A stretch of 41,998 nt of DNA from an uncultured Atopobiaceae bacterium (lineage in GTDB: Bacteria > Actinomycetota > Coriobacteriia > Coriobacteriales > Atopobiaceae). The DNA lies in contig CAAGLU010000323.1 of NCBI GenBank assembly GCA_900770865.1, forward strand, positions 1 through 41,998, given 5' to 3'. Positions 7,875-16,733 of this stretch are shown here, one piece after another (positions within the stretch are counted from its first letter, which is position 1; every line of letters begins with the position of its first letter). The notes below the pieces were generated by a model. The model saw only the letters and a program-made list of their open reading frames with translations, was not told the origin of the DNA and ran no database searches. A program made the translations under genes and the position numbers.

Positions 7875-8326
7875 ACAGGTCGAAGCACAAGGGCACCGCG
7901 TTCGAGACCGCGCTCGTGAGGTGGCTCCGGGAGCGTCTTGGCGACGAGCGCATAGAGCGCCGCGCCCTGCACGGCAGCAGGGACATGGGAGACATCTACG
8001 GCCTCGCGTGCCACGGGAACGCGGAGGGAATCGTGGAGGCCAAGGCGCACGCCACGGTCACGCCGTCGCTCGTGTCCGAGTGGCAGCGCCAGACCGAGGA
8101 CGAGCAGGCCAACGCGGGCGCGGACTTCGCGCTGCTGGCAATCAAGACGCCGGGTGTGGGCCAGAAGTCGCTCGGGCGCACGCGGGTGCGCATGACAACG
8201 GCGTCGCTGCTGGCCGTCTCAGGCGTCGCGTGGCTCCACGGGGCGCACGACTCGGCGCTGTCCCGATGGGTCGAGACGGACCTAGAGACTGTCTGCTCGC
8301 TGATGGAGGGAGTACCAGATGACTGA
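7871..8326 (+). CDS. Holliday junction resolvase (Hjc-like PD-(D/E)XK, actinophage type)
   Basis: MNRSKHKGTAFETALVRWL...ERRALHGSRDMGDI...IVEAK. Confidence 0.82.
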   Translation: MNRSKHKGTAFETALVRWLRERLGDERIERRALHGSRDMGDIYGLACHGNAEGIVEAKAHATVTPSLVSEWQRQTEDEQANAGADFALLAIKTPGVGQKSLGRTRVRMTTASLLAVSGVAWLHGAHDSALSRWVETDLETVCSLMEGVPDD

Positions 8327-9338
8327 CACGTTCCACCCTGCGTACAAGCTCGTGCGCGACTCGTACAGGGGCCTCAAGAGGTTCGGGATGGGGGAGCGGT
8401 TCGGGACCGTACGGTTCGTCGGGCAGGACATCGACGCCGCGTGGCGCGACTTCCGCACCACCGGCCTGGGAGGCTCCGACATCGCGGCGGTCATGGGAAT
8501 CTCCCCGTTCCGCACCGCGCTCGACGTGTGGCTTGAGAAGACCGGCAGGCAGGCCCCGCAGGACATTTCCAACGTCGAGGCCGTCTACTGGGGCACCGTC
8601 AACGAGGCCGCCGTGGCAGACCGCTGGGCGCGCGACCACCCGGAGTGCACCGTGCGCAGGCTCAACGCCACGCTCGTCGGCAGGCCGGACTGGAAGAGGG
8701 CGAACCTCGACCGCATGGTAGTGGAGGGCGGCAGGCCATCCGTGCTTGAGATTAAGACCGCAAGCGCGTTCAAGGCCGAGGAGTGGGCGGACGGAGTCCC
8801 AAGCTTCTACCTCAGCCAGGTCACTTGGTATCTTGCGATTACCGGATGGGACATGGCGCACGTAGCCGTGCTCATCGGCGGCAACGACTACCGCGAGTTC
8901 GACGTTCCAAGGGACGAGGAGGACGTGCGCGCCGTCACCGAGGCCGCGACCGACTTCTGGGAGAACTACGTGGTGAGGGACGTGATGCCGCAGGTCGTTG
9001 GCGCAGACGCCCCGACGCTCGCGGGACTCATCCCGCAGGACGAGGACGGGCTTGCCACGCCTGATGACATGGACGAGGCGGACCGACTCATCGCCGCGTA
9101 CCAGCAGGCAAGGGAGCGCGAGCGGGAGTCCAAGGCCGAGGCAGAGGACGCCCAGGCAAAGCTCTGCGCAATCATCGGCGGGGCCAAGGGCATCGAGACC
9201 GACACGGCCAGGGTCACGTGGACCAGGGGCGAGCGCATGCGGTTCGACTCCAAGCGGTTCCGCGCGGAGATGGCGGAGCTGTACGACCAGTACCAGACAA
9301 CGGGAACCTACCAGCAATTCAAGGTGAAGGAGATTTAG
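8319..9338 (+). CDS. YqaJ-like viral recombinase/exonuclease (RecE role)
   Basis: GLGGSDIAAVMGISPFRTALDVWLEKTG, WGTVNE, ANLDR, VLEIKTAS, YLSQVTWYL. Confidence 0.93.
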   Translation: MTDTFHPAYKLVRDSYRGLKRFGMGERFGTVRFVGQDIDAAWRDFRTTGLGGSDIAAVMGISPFRTALDVWLEKTGRQAPQDISNVEAVYWGTVNEAAVADRWARDHPECTVRRLNATLVGRPDWKRANLDRMVVEGGRPSVLEIKTASAFKAEEWADGVPSFYLSQVTWYLAITGWDMAHVAVLIGGNDYREFDVPRDEEDVRAVTEAATDFWENYVVRDVMPQVVGADAPTLAGLIPQDEDGLATPDDMDEADRLIAAYQQARERERESKAEAEDAQAKLCAIIGGAKGIETDTARVTWTRGERMRFDSKRFRAEMAELYDQYQTTGTYQQFKVKEI

Positions 9339-10226
9339 ATGGGACAGCTAGCACAGGCGGCGCAGGGCACGCAGATTCAGCAGGCAAAGCCGAACGAAGT
9401 CCTCGCCGCATACGTAACGAGGCCTGACGTGCAGAAGGCCATGAGGGCAGTCATACCGAAGAGCCTCACGCCAGAGCGCCTGACGCAGATTTGCATCAGC
9501 GCGATAAACCAGACCCCGAAGCTCGCCGAGTGCACGCCAGCAAGCGTGCTCTCCTGCGTCATGAAGTGCTCTCAGATTGGCCTTGAGCCGTCGAACGTGG
9601 ACGGCCTGGGTATGTGCTACATCCTGCCATACCGCAACAACAACAACCACACCATGCAGGCCCAGTTCATCATGGGCTACCGTGGCTACATCGAGCTTGC
9701 GCGGCGCTCCGGCCAGCTCAAGAGCATCCACGCACAGGCCGTATACGAGGGTGACGAGTACGACACGTGGGAGGACGAGACCGGCCAGCACTTCCGGTTC
9801 AAGTCCAACCCGGACGCCAAGCACGAGGACTCGAAGCTCAGGTTCGTCTTCTGCACCGCGCACCTCAACGATGGCGGGTTCGTGTTTGAGCAGATGAGCA
9901 AGCGCGAGGTTGATGACGTTCGCAGGCGCTCCAAGGCGTCATCGAACGGCCCATGGGTAACCGACTACGAGATGATGGCGCGAAAGACCGTCATCCGCCG
10001 CGCCTCGCGCTACCTGCCGATGAGCACCGAGCTTCAGCAGGCCGCAAGCTCAGACGGCACGACCCCCGACTACGGCGCGGTGCTCAACCCCGTGGTACCC
10101 ATGCCAGACAACGTGGACGCCGAGACCGGAGAGGTCATCGAGCCTGAGCCGGAGGTCGCGCAGGATGCGGCACCGGAGGCGGCGCACGTGGAGTTCAGCG
10201 AGGCACTCGGACTTGAGGAGGACTAG
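9339..10226 (+). CDS. recT: RecT-family single-strand annealing protein
   Basis: PKLAECTPASVLSCVMKCSQIGLEP, FIMGYRGYIELARRSGQ, GPWVTDYEMMARKTVIRR. Confidence 0.95.
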   Translation: MGQLAQAAQGTQIQQAKPNEVLAAYVTRPDVQKAMRAVIPKSLTPERLTQICISAINQTPKLAECTPASVLSCVMKCSQIGLEPSNVDGLGMCYILPYRNNNNHTMQAQFIMGYRGYIELARRSGQLKSIHAQAVYEGDEYDTWEDETGQHFRFKSNPDAKHEDSKLRFVFCTAHLNDGGFVFEQMSKREVDDVRRRSKASSNGPWVTDYEMMARKTVIRRASRYLPMSTELQQAASSDGTTPDYGAVLNPVVPMPDNVDAETGEVIEPEPEVAQDAAPEAAHVEFSEALGLEED

Positions 10227-10228
10227 AC

Positions 10229-10543
10229 ATGGCAATCCCGGAACTCACGGACGAGCAGCGCAGGGAGAACCTGCGGAGGGCCGCAGAGGCAAGGCACGAG
10301 AAGGCGGGCCTGCTTCACGCGCTCAAGGACGGCAAGGTGACGCTCGCCGAGGTGCTCGATGACCCGAGGGCGGAGCGAATCCGCGTCGAAACGCTCATCA
10401 GGGCGCTGCCAGGGTACGGCGCGGCAAAGTCGCAGCTCCTCATGAACGAGCTTGGCATCGCGCACAGCCGCCGCGTCAAGGGCCTCGGCGTGAGGCAGCG
10501 CAAGGCTCTGTTGGAGGCGGTGAGCCATGGCAAGCAGCATTAA
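10229..10543 (+). CDS. mihF: Actinobacterial-type integration host factor (mIHF/sIHF-like, H2TH fold)
   Basis: MAIPELTDEQRRENLRRAAEAR...LKDGKVTLAEVL...RVETLIRALPGYGAAKSQLLMNELGIAHSRRVKGLGVRQRKALL closely follows the mIHF family pattern. Confidence 0.9.
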   Translation: MAIPELTDEQRRENLRRAAEARHEKAGLLHALKDGKVTLAEVLDDPRAERIRVETLIRALPGYGAAKSQLLMNELGIAHSRRVKGLGVRQRKALLEAVSHGKQH

Positions 10544-10985
10544 CGTCGTTGCCATCTCGGGCAACATCACCCGAGACTCGGAGCTTAGGCACACGACCTC
10601 CGGCTCCGCCGTGCTCAACTTCTCGGTGGCCGTGAACTCGCGCCACAAGAACAAGGACGGCGAGTGGGTAGACCGTGCGAGCTACATCGACTGCGTGATG
10701 TTCGGCCCGCGCGCCGAGGCGCTTGCGCAGTGGCTCACGCGCGGGACGCACGTCGTGGTGGCGGGAGAGCTGCGGCAGACGTCATGGGAGTTCGAGAAGG
10801 GCGAAAAGCACTCCCGAACCGAGGTGTCCGTCACCAACGTCGAGTTCCAGAGCAAGTCACGCAACGAGCAGCAGCCAGCACAGCCCACGCAAACGGCGCC
10901 GCAGTACGCGCAGCAGCCGGTGGCATCCGCTCCGCAGCCAGCGGCACCGCAGCAGGCTCTTTACGATGAGGACATACCATTCTAG
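10527..10985 (+). CDS. ssb: Single-stranded DNA-binding protein
   Basis: INVVAISGNITRDSELRHT...NFSVAVN; acidic C-terminus DEDIPF. Confidence 0.95.
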   Translation: MASSINVVAISGNITRDSELRHTTSGSAVLNFSVAVNSRHKNKDGEWVDRASYIDCVMFGPRAEALAQWLTRGTHVVVAGELRQTSWEFEKGEKHSRTEVSVTNVEFQSKSRNEQQPAQPTQTAPQYAQQPVASAPQPAAPQQALYDEDIPF

Positions 10986-11066
10986 GGCGTTGAGCTGCTG
11001 AAACGTTCGAACTTGCTGGTGGCCGTGCCAATGGTGGTGCGGCCACCACTCTTAGGGAGGCAACAA

Positions 11067-11504
11067 ATGAAGATTAGCGACGAGCTGCGCAGGCTGGCCC
11101 ATGACGAGGGCGTGTACGGAGACGCGTGCGTAGGGCTTCGCGACCTCGCAGACCGCATCGACGCGGAGATGGCAGAGCTGCCCAAGGACCGCGACGGAGT
11201 GCCCATCCACGTGGGGGACACGGTGTACGACGAGAACGGCATGGCGTATGAGGTCGTGAGCATCAGCTTCGGACAGTGGACTGGAGGCGTGACGGTACAT
11301 GCGGTAGATGGCTTTTCCAAATGGCGCGACATCATACCGGGGAAGATGGCCCACATCAGCCAGGACAGCTGGGAGCGCATCGCCGACGAGATGGACGAAA
11401 TGATTGATAAGGCGAAGACAGGCAAGACGTTTTACTACGCCTCAGACTTCAGCGTCTTCGCAGACCGCATCCGCAGGCTGGCGGAGAGGAAAGAAGGCAA
11501 GTGA
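11067..11504 (+). CDS. Hypothetical phage protein
   Basis: GGGAGG RBS; contains LPKDRDGVPIHVGDTV, a motif common in phage early proteins. Confidence 0.75.
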   Translation: MKISDELRRLAHDEGVYGDACVGLRDLADRIDAEMAELPKDRDGVPIHVGDTVYDENGMAYEVVSISFGQWTGGVTVHAVDGFSKWRDIIPGKMAHISQDSWERIADEMDEMIDKAKTGKTFYYASDFSVFADRIRRLAERKEGK

Positions 11505-11701
11505 TGAGCAGATACGCTGTATACAAGCTTTTCGATGGCTGCGAAGCACCGGAAAATATCGTGTCATGCGGACACCTTGCGGGCGTCCTTGTCGGCAAGT
11601 CTGACGATGATCCGCTTGATAGGCACGCCGATATGCCAGACACGTTCCGAGTGCTTAACGAGTTCAACCCTGAAATCAACATTCGGAATGCAAAGGAGTG
11701 A
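11501..11701 (+). CDS. Hypothetical protein
   Basis: GTGA overlap; part of a chain of coupled small ORFs. Confidence 0.55.
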   Translation: MMSRYAVYKLFDGCEAPENIVSCGHLAGVLVGKSDDDPLDRHADMPDTFRVLNEFNPEINIRNAKE

Positions 11702-11707
11702 CACGCA

Positions 11708-11917
11708 ATGAATGGCAAACGCACTGGGAGACGCCAGCTCAGAGGCAAGCCGCTGCTCGTGTCATGCCAGCGTGCGCATATCAGCCACAACGAGCTGCCC
11801 GGAGTCGATGCGTGCTATGGGCTCACTGATTGTAACCCTGGCGTGTACAACGACGAGTGTCGGAAGTGCGGGGCATTGGTGTGGAACGTCGACTTAGAGC
11901 AGGAGGCCCAGCGATGA
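11708..11917 (+). CDS. Cys-rich hypothetical protein
   Basis: AAGGAG RBS; ATGA overlap with the next gene. Confidence 0.6.
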   Translation: MNGKRTGRRQLRGKPLLVSCQRAHISHNELPGVDACYGLTDCNPGVYNDECRKCGALVWNVDLEQEAQR

Positions 11918-12123
11918 TGCCGACTAGCGACGAGCTTCTGCCATGTCCTTTCTGCGGCGGCAACCAGCAGAGAGTAAAGCACTCGGGCAGGTGGGGATGG
12001 TTCGTTTCCTGCTCCTGTGCAGCAGTAGGACCAAGTTCCGGAACAAGAGAAGATGCGGTCGCACGCTGGAACGAGCGGCGCGAGCCTGTCCAGCAGAGAC
12101 TGTTTGGAGGTGGGCAGCGATGA
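11914..12123 (+). CDS. Lar-family restriction alleviation protein
   Basis: ELLPCPFCGG...FVSCSCAAVGP...EDAVARWNER matches the Lar pattern (LxPCPFCG...C..C...AIxxWN); AGGAGG RBS. Confidence 0.8.
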   Translation: MMPTSDELLPCPFCGGNQQRVKHSGRWGWFVSCSCAAVGPSSGTREDAVARWNERREPVQQRLFGGGQR

Positions 12124-12437
12124 CAGCGACTAGCGACGAGCGCCGCGAGGTGGCGGCAACGCTCAGGGATGCGAAGCGAAAGTGCGAGGAGCGCGGCTAC
12201 CCGTGGATGTGCGATGACCTGTGTCTCGCCATTGGCTACGAGCACGACTACGAGGCCGACAACGGCATCTTCGACCGCCTCGCCGACCTCATAGACCCGA
12301 CATGCGAGGTGGTCGCCTTTGATGATGAGAGCATGCGGCTCCCGCACTGCTCAAGCTGCGGACATCCGATACTCAAGCCGTGGCCCAATTTCTGCCCGAA
12401 CTGTGGTGCACGCTTGGTCAAGGGAGGTGACGCCTGA
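12120..12437 (+). CDS. Zn-ribbon hypothetical protein
   Basis: MTATSDERREVAATLR...RLADLIDPTC...CSSCG...NFCPNCGA. Confidence 0.75.
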   Translation: MTATSDERREVAATLRDAKRKCEERGYPWMCDDLCLAIGYEHDYEADNGIFDRLADLIDPTCEVVAFDDESMRLPHCSSCGHPILKPWPNFCPNCGARLVKGGDA

Positions 12438-12661
12438 TGGCCGAGTACATCGTGGACACGACCGAGGGCGTCCTGCACGCCCGCACGACCGGCGAGCTGG
12501 TGAGGTGCCGTGACTGCTTTTACTTGGAGACGCGCAGGCTGCTTGGTGGCGTCGCAGCCACGTGCTACCTGATGGACGGTGGCGACGTGATTTGCCGCAA
12601 CCTTGACGGATACTGCTCGGAAGCCGTGCGGAGGGGGAGAGACCATGGCGAGGGAAGATGA
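12437..12661 (+). CDS. Cys-rich hypothetical protein
   Basis: GGAGGTG RBS; ELVRCRDC...C...DGYCSEAVRR pattern. Confidence 0.7.
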   Translation: MAEYIVDTTEGVLHARTTGELVRCRDCFYLETRRLLGGVAATCYLMDGGDVICRNLDGYCSEAVRRGRDHGEGR

Positions 12662-12821
12662 CGGGCCCTGCGGACGCTCCTGCGCCGACTGCGAGCTGCT
12701 CGAGTGGTTCGCCGACCAGTCGGTATGCACCGAGACCGGGCGCCTCGTCCCGCCATGGCACGACGCCACGGCCTGCGTCGGGTTCGTGAGGAGGTGGGGC
12801 TCCGATGCCGAGGACGATTAG
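12645..12821 (+). CDS. Cys-rich hypothetical protein
   Basis: GGGGGAG RBS; SCADCE...VC...ATACVGF. Confidence 0.6.
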   Translation: MAREDDGPCGRSCADCELLEWFADQSVCTETGRLVPPWHDATACVGFVRRWGSDAEDD

Positions 12822-12993
12822 GCCCCCGAAGGAGATTTCAAGCGCCTACGACGGCAAGGCCCTGGTCGTGTACGCGACACGCATAGCAGAGATCGTCGCT
12901 AGGTACACCTCCCACACGGAGCAGCACGCGCTCGAGTCAGTCATGCGCGTCGTCGGGTACCTCTGCTCCACAGGCACCCCCAGGCGCGGATAG
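12805..12993 (+). CDS. Hypothetical protein
   Basis: Overlaps the previous gene; purine-rich RBS upstream. Confidence 0.5.
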   Translation: MPRTIRPPKEISSAYDGKALVVYATRIAEIVARYTSHTEQHALESVMRVVGYLCSTGTPRRG

Positions 12994-13037
12994 CGGATAA
13001 GGTTTTATACAATTCGATTCTAAGGAGGCGAGCCGGT

Positions 13038-13466
13038 TTGGACCCGCTGGACTCCCCGGAGGTGCAGGACGCCTCCATGGCACCGATGCTGTTCTTCCCG
13101 CACGATGCCGACAGCGCCACGGACGAGAAGTGCAGGCGTCTCATCCTGCGTCTCGGCTACGAGGGATACGGCAGGTGGTGGAGGCTGTGCGAGATGATGG
13201 CCTCCACTCCTGGCCACGCGGTGCCCTGCGCCACCGAGGAGGACCGCATGCTGCTCTGCGACGAGCTACGGTGCGACGATGGAGAGCTGTCTGCGCTCCT
13301 TGGCGCGCTCGCTGACTTCGGCCTCGTCCCGGCAGACGTGCTCGCCGAGGGCCGCATAGCCTCCGAGCGCATGGCGAAGAACGCGCTCTACTTCGGCAGG
13401 CGGAGGGTGAACGGAAGGAAGGGCGGCAACAAGAAGGCGGAGCGGAGCAGGAGGGGAACTGCCTAG
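13038..13466 (+). CDS. Short replication initiator (Lin1244/Lin1753, DUF4373-like N-terminal domain)
   Basis: FFPHDADSATDEKCRRLILRLGYEGYGRWWRLCEMM...DFGL...SERM; TTG start after TAAGGAGG; iterons follow directly. Confidence 0.8.
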   Translation: MDPLDSPEVQDASMAPMLFFPHDADSATDEKCRRLILRLGYEGYGRWWRLCEMMASTPGHAVPCATEEDRMLLCDELRCDDGELSALLGALADFGLVPADVLAEGRIASERMAKNALYFGRRRVNGRKGGNKKAERSRRGTA

Positions 13467-13481
13467 TCTACCTGCGGTTTC

Positions 13482-13542
13482 TAGCAACGCTTTAGCGACG
13501 CCATAGCAACGCTTTAGCGTCGCTCTAGCAACGCCCTAGCAA
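13482..13542 (+). repeat. Iteron array of the putative phage origin, about 5.5 copies of 11 bp (TAGCAACGCTT-like)
   Basis: TAGCAACGCTT, TAGCGACGCCA, TAGCAACGCTT, TAGCGTCGCTC, TAGCAACGCCC, TAGCAA, followed by an A-rich tract. Confidence 0.85.
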
Positions 13543-13650
13543 GTAATACTGAAACAGATACATAAACAGAAACTATCCCTTGAAGAAAGGTACACGTTGA
13601 AGCAACCGTTACCGTGGAAGAGGGGTGTGGGGGGAAACCCAAGGAGCGAA

Positions 13651-13699
13651 TGTTGAAAACTTTTGGGCATTGTTGAAAACTCGCGGGAATGTTGAAAAC
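13651..13699 (+). repeat. Three TGTTGAAAAC repeats (DnaA-box-like) in the origin region
   Basis: Copies at 13651, 13671 and 13690. The reverse complement TTTTCAACA has one mismatch to the DnaA box TTWTNCACA. Confidence 0.65.
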
Positions 13700-13901
13700 T
13701 CGGGAACCGGCCCTCACATTCGCCAGAAACTCTCGCAAGCAACAGCGCGTTTCGTTCCTAACCCATCGCAGGCCGATTCTAAGACGCGCAAACGCCAAAG
13801 CGGACTAGTTCTCCACCAACCACGCTTGAGCGTCTGAGACAAGGCCCACAGCGTCAGAGACGGGCATTCGCGCGGTGTTCTGAGGGTGGGAATCGCGGCA
13901 C

Positions 13902-13942
13902 AAAAAAAGCGCCCCGTGGCCGACTTGACCACGGGGCTGCTT
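13902..13942 (-). terminator. Rho-independent terminator of the leftward accessory operon
   Basis: Minus strand reads GCCCCGTGG-TCAAGTCGG-CCACGGGGC-GC-TTTTTTT, just after the stop of 13952..14485. Confidence 0.85.
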
Positions 13943-13951
13943 GCGCCTCGC

Positions 13952-14485
13952 CTACCTGTCTCCGCCGAACGTGAGGAACAGCCCGCCGAGCAGGCGGTGG
14001 CTGCTGGGCTTGCGCTCGACGGGTGGCCTCTCGGGCCTCTGGTACCTCGCGCCCTTTGCCTCTGCCAGCTCGCGCGCGGCGTTCTCCTGGACCTCCCTGC
14101 CAATCGCGTCCCACTTGGCCTTTGCCTCGGGGGACTCGCAGTGCACGTATAGGTCCATGGCACTAATCGCCTCGCGCAGCCCCTTGTCCCCCACGTCGAG
14201 CAGGCGCATGCCCCGCACCCTTGCCAGCTGGCGCTCAAGCTCGGCCTGGTCCTCCCAGGGGTCGAGCGGGTAGTCGTGCTCCTCGACGGAGAGGACGTGC
14301 CAGGACCCGTCCTCGCGCTGGCCAATGTGGTAGAAGACGGGGAACTCGTACGGGTCCGTGATGGCCAGAAGCTCGTGGCCGTCCGTGAACGCGTCCCACG
14401 TGACGCTGCCGTTCCCGAAGAGCGTCATGCCGCCCTTCCTCGGCTGGCTCTGCTGGTAGCTCGCCCTCATGCTCCTGCTCGCCAT
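13952..14485 (-). CDS. Hypothetical protein (accessory operon)
   Basis: GGAGG RBS; hairpin and TACAAT upstream; terminator downstream. Alternative start at 14428. Confidence 0.72.
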   Translation of the reverse strand: MASRSMRASYQQSQPRKGGMTLFGNGSVTWDAFTDGHELLAITDPYEFPVFYHIGQREDGSWHVLSVEEHDYPLDPWEDQAELERQLARVRGMRLLDVGDKGLREAISAMDLYVHCESPEAKAKWDAIGREVQENAARELAEAKGARYQRPERPPVERKPSSHRLLGGLFLTFGGDR

Positions 14486-14560
14486 GGTGGCCTCCGTTCC
14501 GTGTGGCCCGGGGCGGCAGCAGCCGTTGCCCCAGGCCGTAGTTTGCCCAGATTGTACCCG

Positions 14561-14926
14561 CTACTCGCACCCGTGGGCGTACGCCTTGAGGAGCGCGAGC
14601 ATGACCGAGTCGGGGTTGGCCCCTGCCTCGTTGGCCGTACGTATGCACCAGCTGAGGCATTCGCAGCACGTCATCAGGCCGAGCACGCTTGCAAGGCGCT
14701 TGCGGAAGTCCGGGTTGAGCCTGATGCCGCCGCTCACCGAGCGCTCGTACATCGGCACGAACGGGCCGTCCTGCACGTCGGAGTCACCCTCAAGCAGGGT
14801 GCAGACGCCCTCGGCCATGCCACCCTCGTAGCCCTGCAGCCAGTCGAGCATCTCCCACGCCCTGCCGTTGGTGACGCCCTCGATTGCCTCGCAAATCTCG
14901 ACCTCGAAGTTCTTGAAACCGCTCAT
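14561..14926 (-). CDS. Acidic hypothetical protein (accessory operon)
   Basis: MSGFKNFEVEICEAIE...; GGAGG RBS. Confidence 0.75.
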   Translation of the reverse strand: MSGFKNFEVEICEAIEGVTNGRAWEMLDWLQGYEGGMAEGVCTLLEGDSDVQDGPFVPMYERSVSGGIRLNPDFRKRLASVLGLMTCCECLSWCIRTANEAGANPDSVMLALLKAYAHGCE

Positions 14927-15044
14927 GGTAAAACCTCCAAAATATCCGATAAGTCGTAACTGCCTATGCAAGGTGGCGCAGCGCCCAAGCGAGGAGCGCC
15001 GCGCCCATTGCCCACAGCGGGAGAATCTGCGTCACGAAGTACAT

Positions 15045-15515
15045 CTACGCTGCCCTCCTCGCCCTCGGTTGCCTGTCGAGCCGCAGCCACGGGGCCATGG
15101 CGGCCTCGAAGGGCGCCCCGCACCCGTCGAACCACGAGACGTCCCCGGAGACGGAGACCGGCCTGCCGCCCTCGCAGGAGACGCGCACGACCGGCACGCC
15201 GTCCGCCGCGCTCTGCAGCGGGTAGGCGTCCCACACGGGGCCGTCGATGGGCACGAGCCTGTTCTCCCAGCCCTCGGGAGTCGGCACGTTCGCCATGCGC
15301 CAGAAGCGCCCGCCCGCCCAGTAGGCGGTGCGGTAGAAGGTCTGGTAGGCCCTCCCGCCCCTCGGGCTCTCGCACGGCCTCCTCGCGCTCGCCCAGGTGT
15401 AGCGGGTCTCGAGGGCGCGGCCCTGGGTCCCGTCCTGGAAGGTCACCTTGCGGTAGCGGAAGTACTTCCTGCCTCCGGTCGCGGCTGGCTCCACGAACGG
15501 CTTTATCGTGCACAT
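15045..15515 (-). CDS. Hypothetical protein (accessory operon)
   Basis: MCTIKPFVEPAATGGRKYFRYRK...; AGGAGG RBS. Confidence 0.72.
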   Translation of the reverse strand: MCTIKPFVEPAATGGRKYFRYRKVTFQDGTQGRALETRYTWASARRPCESPRGGRAYQTFYRTAYWAGGRFWRMANVPTPEGWENRLVPIDGPVWDAYPLQSAADGVPVVRVSCEGGRPVSVSGDVSWFDGCGAPFEAAMAPWLRLDRQPRARRAA

Positions 15516-15592
15516 GGTGGGTCCTCCTGTTCGTCGCTGGTAAGGGAGAGGCCCCAGTGATGGGGCCTCCGGTTCGGTGTTGCTTGCGTTGC

Positions 15593-15961
15593 CTACTTGC
15601 CGAGGAACGCCCGGGTGAAGCGACGCAAAACTAAATCTGCGCACTCTTCCGGGTCTGGGTTTATGAGCATGTCGACGTCGCGGCCACGATAGAAGTCCGA
15701 AGACGCGACAAGCTCAAGGCCATTTGCCGCGTAAAAGAGGTCTTTTGCCTCCTCGATGCTCTTGAAGTCACCGAATCCCCAGCCGTTGGTAATCGGGTCG
15801 ATGCACTGAACGGTGATTCCGCAGAAGTCCGCTGAAGCCATTTCCGCGCCGTCCATGTCGTGGTAGGCGGAAGCCCAGCGCACGCGTTCGGTTGCGTCTA
15901 CCTGGTATACGTAGATTCCGCCCTCTCCGTCGATGTAAACATCTGTCGTGTACTCGCTCAT
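15593..15961 (-). CDS. Acidic hypothetical protein with lower GC (accessory operon)
   Basis: MSEYTTDVYIDGEGG...; GAGAGG RBS; D/E-rich. Confidence 0.78.
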   Translation of the reverse strand: MSEYTTDVYIDGEGGIYVYQVDATERVRWASAYHDMDGAEMASADFCGITVQCIDPITNGWGFGDFKSIEEAKDLFYAANGLELVASSDFYRGRDVDMLINPDPEECADLVLRRFTRAFLGK

Positions 15962-16071
15962 GGTGTTTCCTCTCTCTGATTGGTACTTGCCTATACTTGG
16001 AACCCCAGGCGGGGCGGAACTGGCCTTCTACTCCGCCCGTCTCGCCTGGGGTGCTTGCCTGGTTTTTGTGG

Positions 16072-16296
16072 CTAGAAGAGAATGAAAAGCGCGCTCGACC
16101 TGCTGGGCACTGCGTACAGCTCGCCGGTTCGCGTGTCCCTGCACACTCCGCCATTCATCCCGTAGACCCCGAGCGAGACAGCTAGCTTCTCGCTGTGCGC
16201 GGCCAGGTCCTCTAGGTCATGGTCTTCAAGCCTGCTCGCGTCGACTGCCACGCCATCGGCGATTAGCTGGCGTATGTGCCTCTGTGTTGTCTTCAT
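16072..16296 (-). CDS. Small hypothetical phage protein (74 aa)
   Basis: MKTTQRHIRQLI...SLGVYGMNGGVCRDTRTGELYAVPSRSSALF; GGGAG RBS. Confidence 0.78.
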   Translation of the reverse strand: MKTTQRHIRQLIADGVAVDASRLEDHDLEDLAAHSEKLAVSLGVYGMNGGVCRDTRTGELYAVPSRSSALFILF

Positions 16297-16318
16297 GGCT
16301 TCTCCCATTGGTTCGTAG

Positions 16319-16660
16319 CTAGTCAAAGTAGGCAAGCTCGATTACATCCGAGCCGCCCTTGTGGCTGGTCACTGTGGGGTAAAGCCCGTAGTTGACCAGG
16401 GTCAGGCCGTAGGCGTTCCACTCGGCCTCAAGCCCAGCGCGGCGCTTGCGCAGAAGCTCGTTCTTGTGCGCGGCCCTCGCGCTGTTGTAATAGCGCTCGT
16501 CGCTGTTCTGGCGCTCCCATTCCCTGGCGTCTGCGAGGGCGTACCGTATGGTGCGCAGAATCAGATCTAGCGCCTTGTCCTCGTTGCCGTCCCCCATCTC
16601 TGCCAGCTTGTGGGCGTTGCGGTACCTCGAACTCCAAACCCTCTGCGACTTACTGCTCAT
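16319..16660 (-). CDS. Hypothetical protein (accessory operon)
   Basis: MSSKSQRVWSSRY...; GAGGAG RBS. Confidence 0.75.
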   Translation of the reverse strand: MSSKSQRVWSSRYRNAHKLAEMGDGNEDKALDLILRTIRYALADAREWERQNSDERYYNSARAAHKNELLRKRRAGLEAEWNAYGLTLVNYGLYPTVTSHKGGSDVIELAYFD

Positions 16661-16733
16661 GGCGTCTCCTCTCGTTTCGGCTACAATGTGGTGCGCAAGT
16701 GGGGGCGCGGATGCCAACCCGCGCCCCCAAGGG

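Noticed and set aside
11213..11235. Extra late-motif copies (TGGGGGAC near 11213, AGGGGGAC near 38104 and 41624)
   Set aside because: They lack the leading C and the spaced GANNAT box.
13466..13600. Stop-codon reassignment (TAG read-through) to extend the initiator
   Set aside because: Many genes in this prophage end normally in TAG, and TAA/TGA stops also interrupt the downstream remnant.
13482..13699. CRISPR or mini-array
   Set aside because: The repeats are 10-11 bp with no spacers or very short ones, and there are no cas genes; iterons and boxes fit better.
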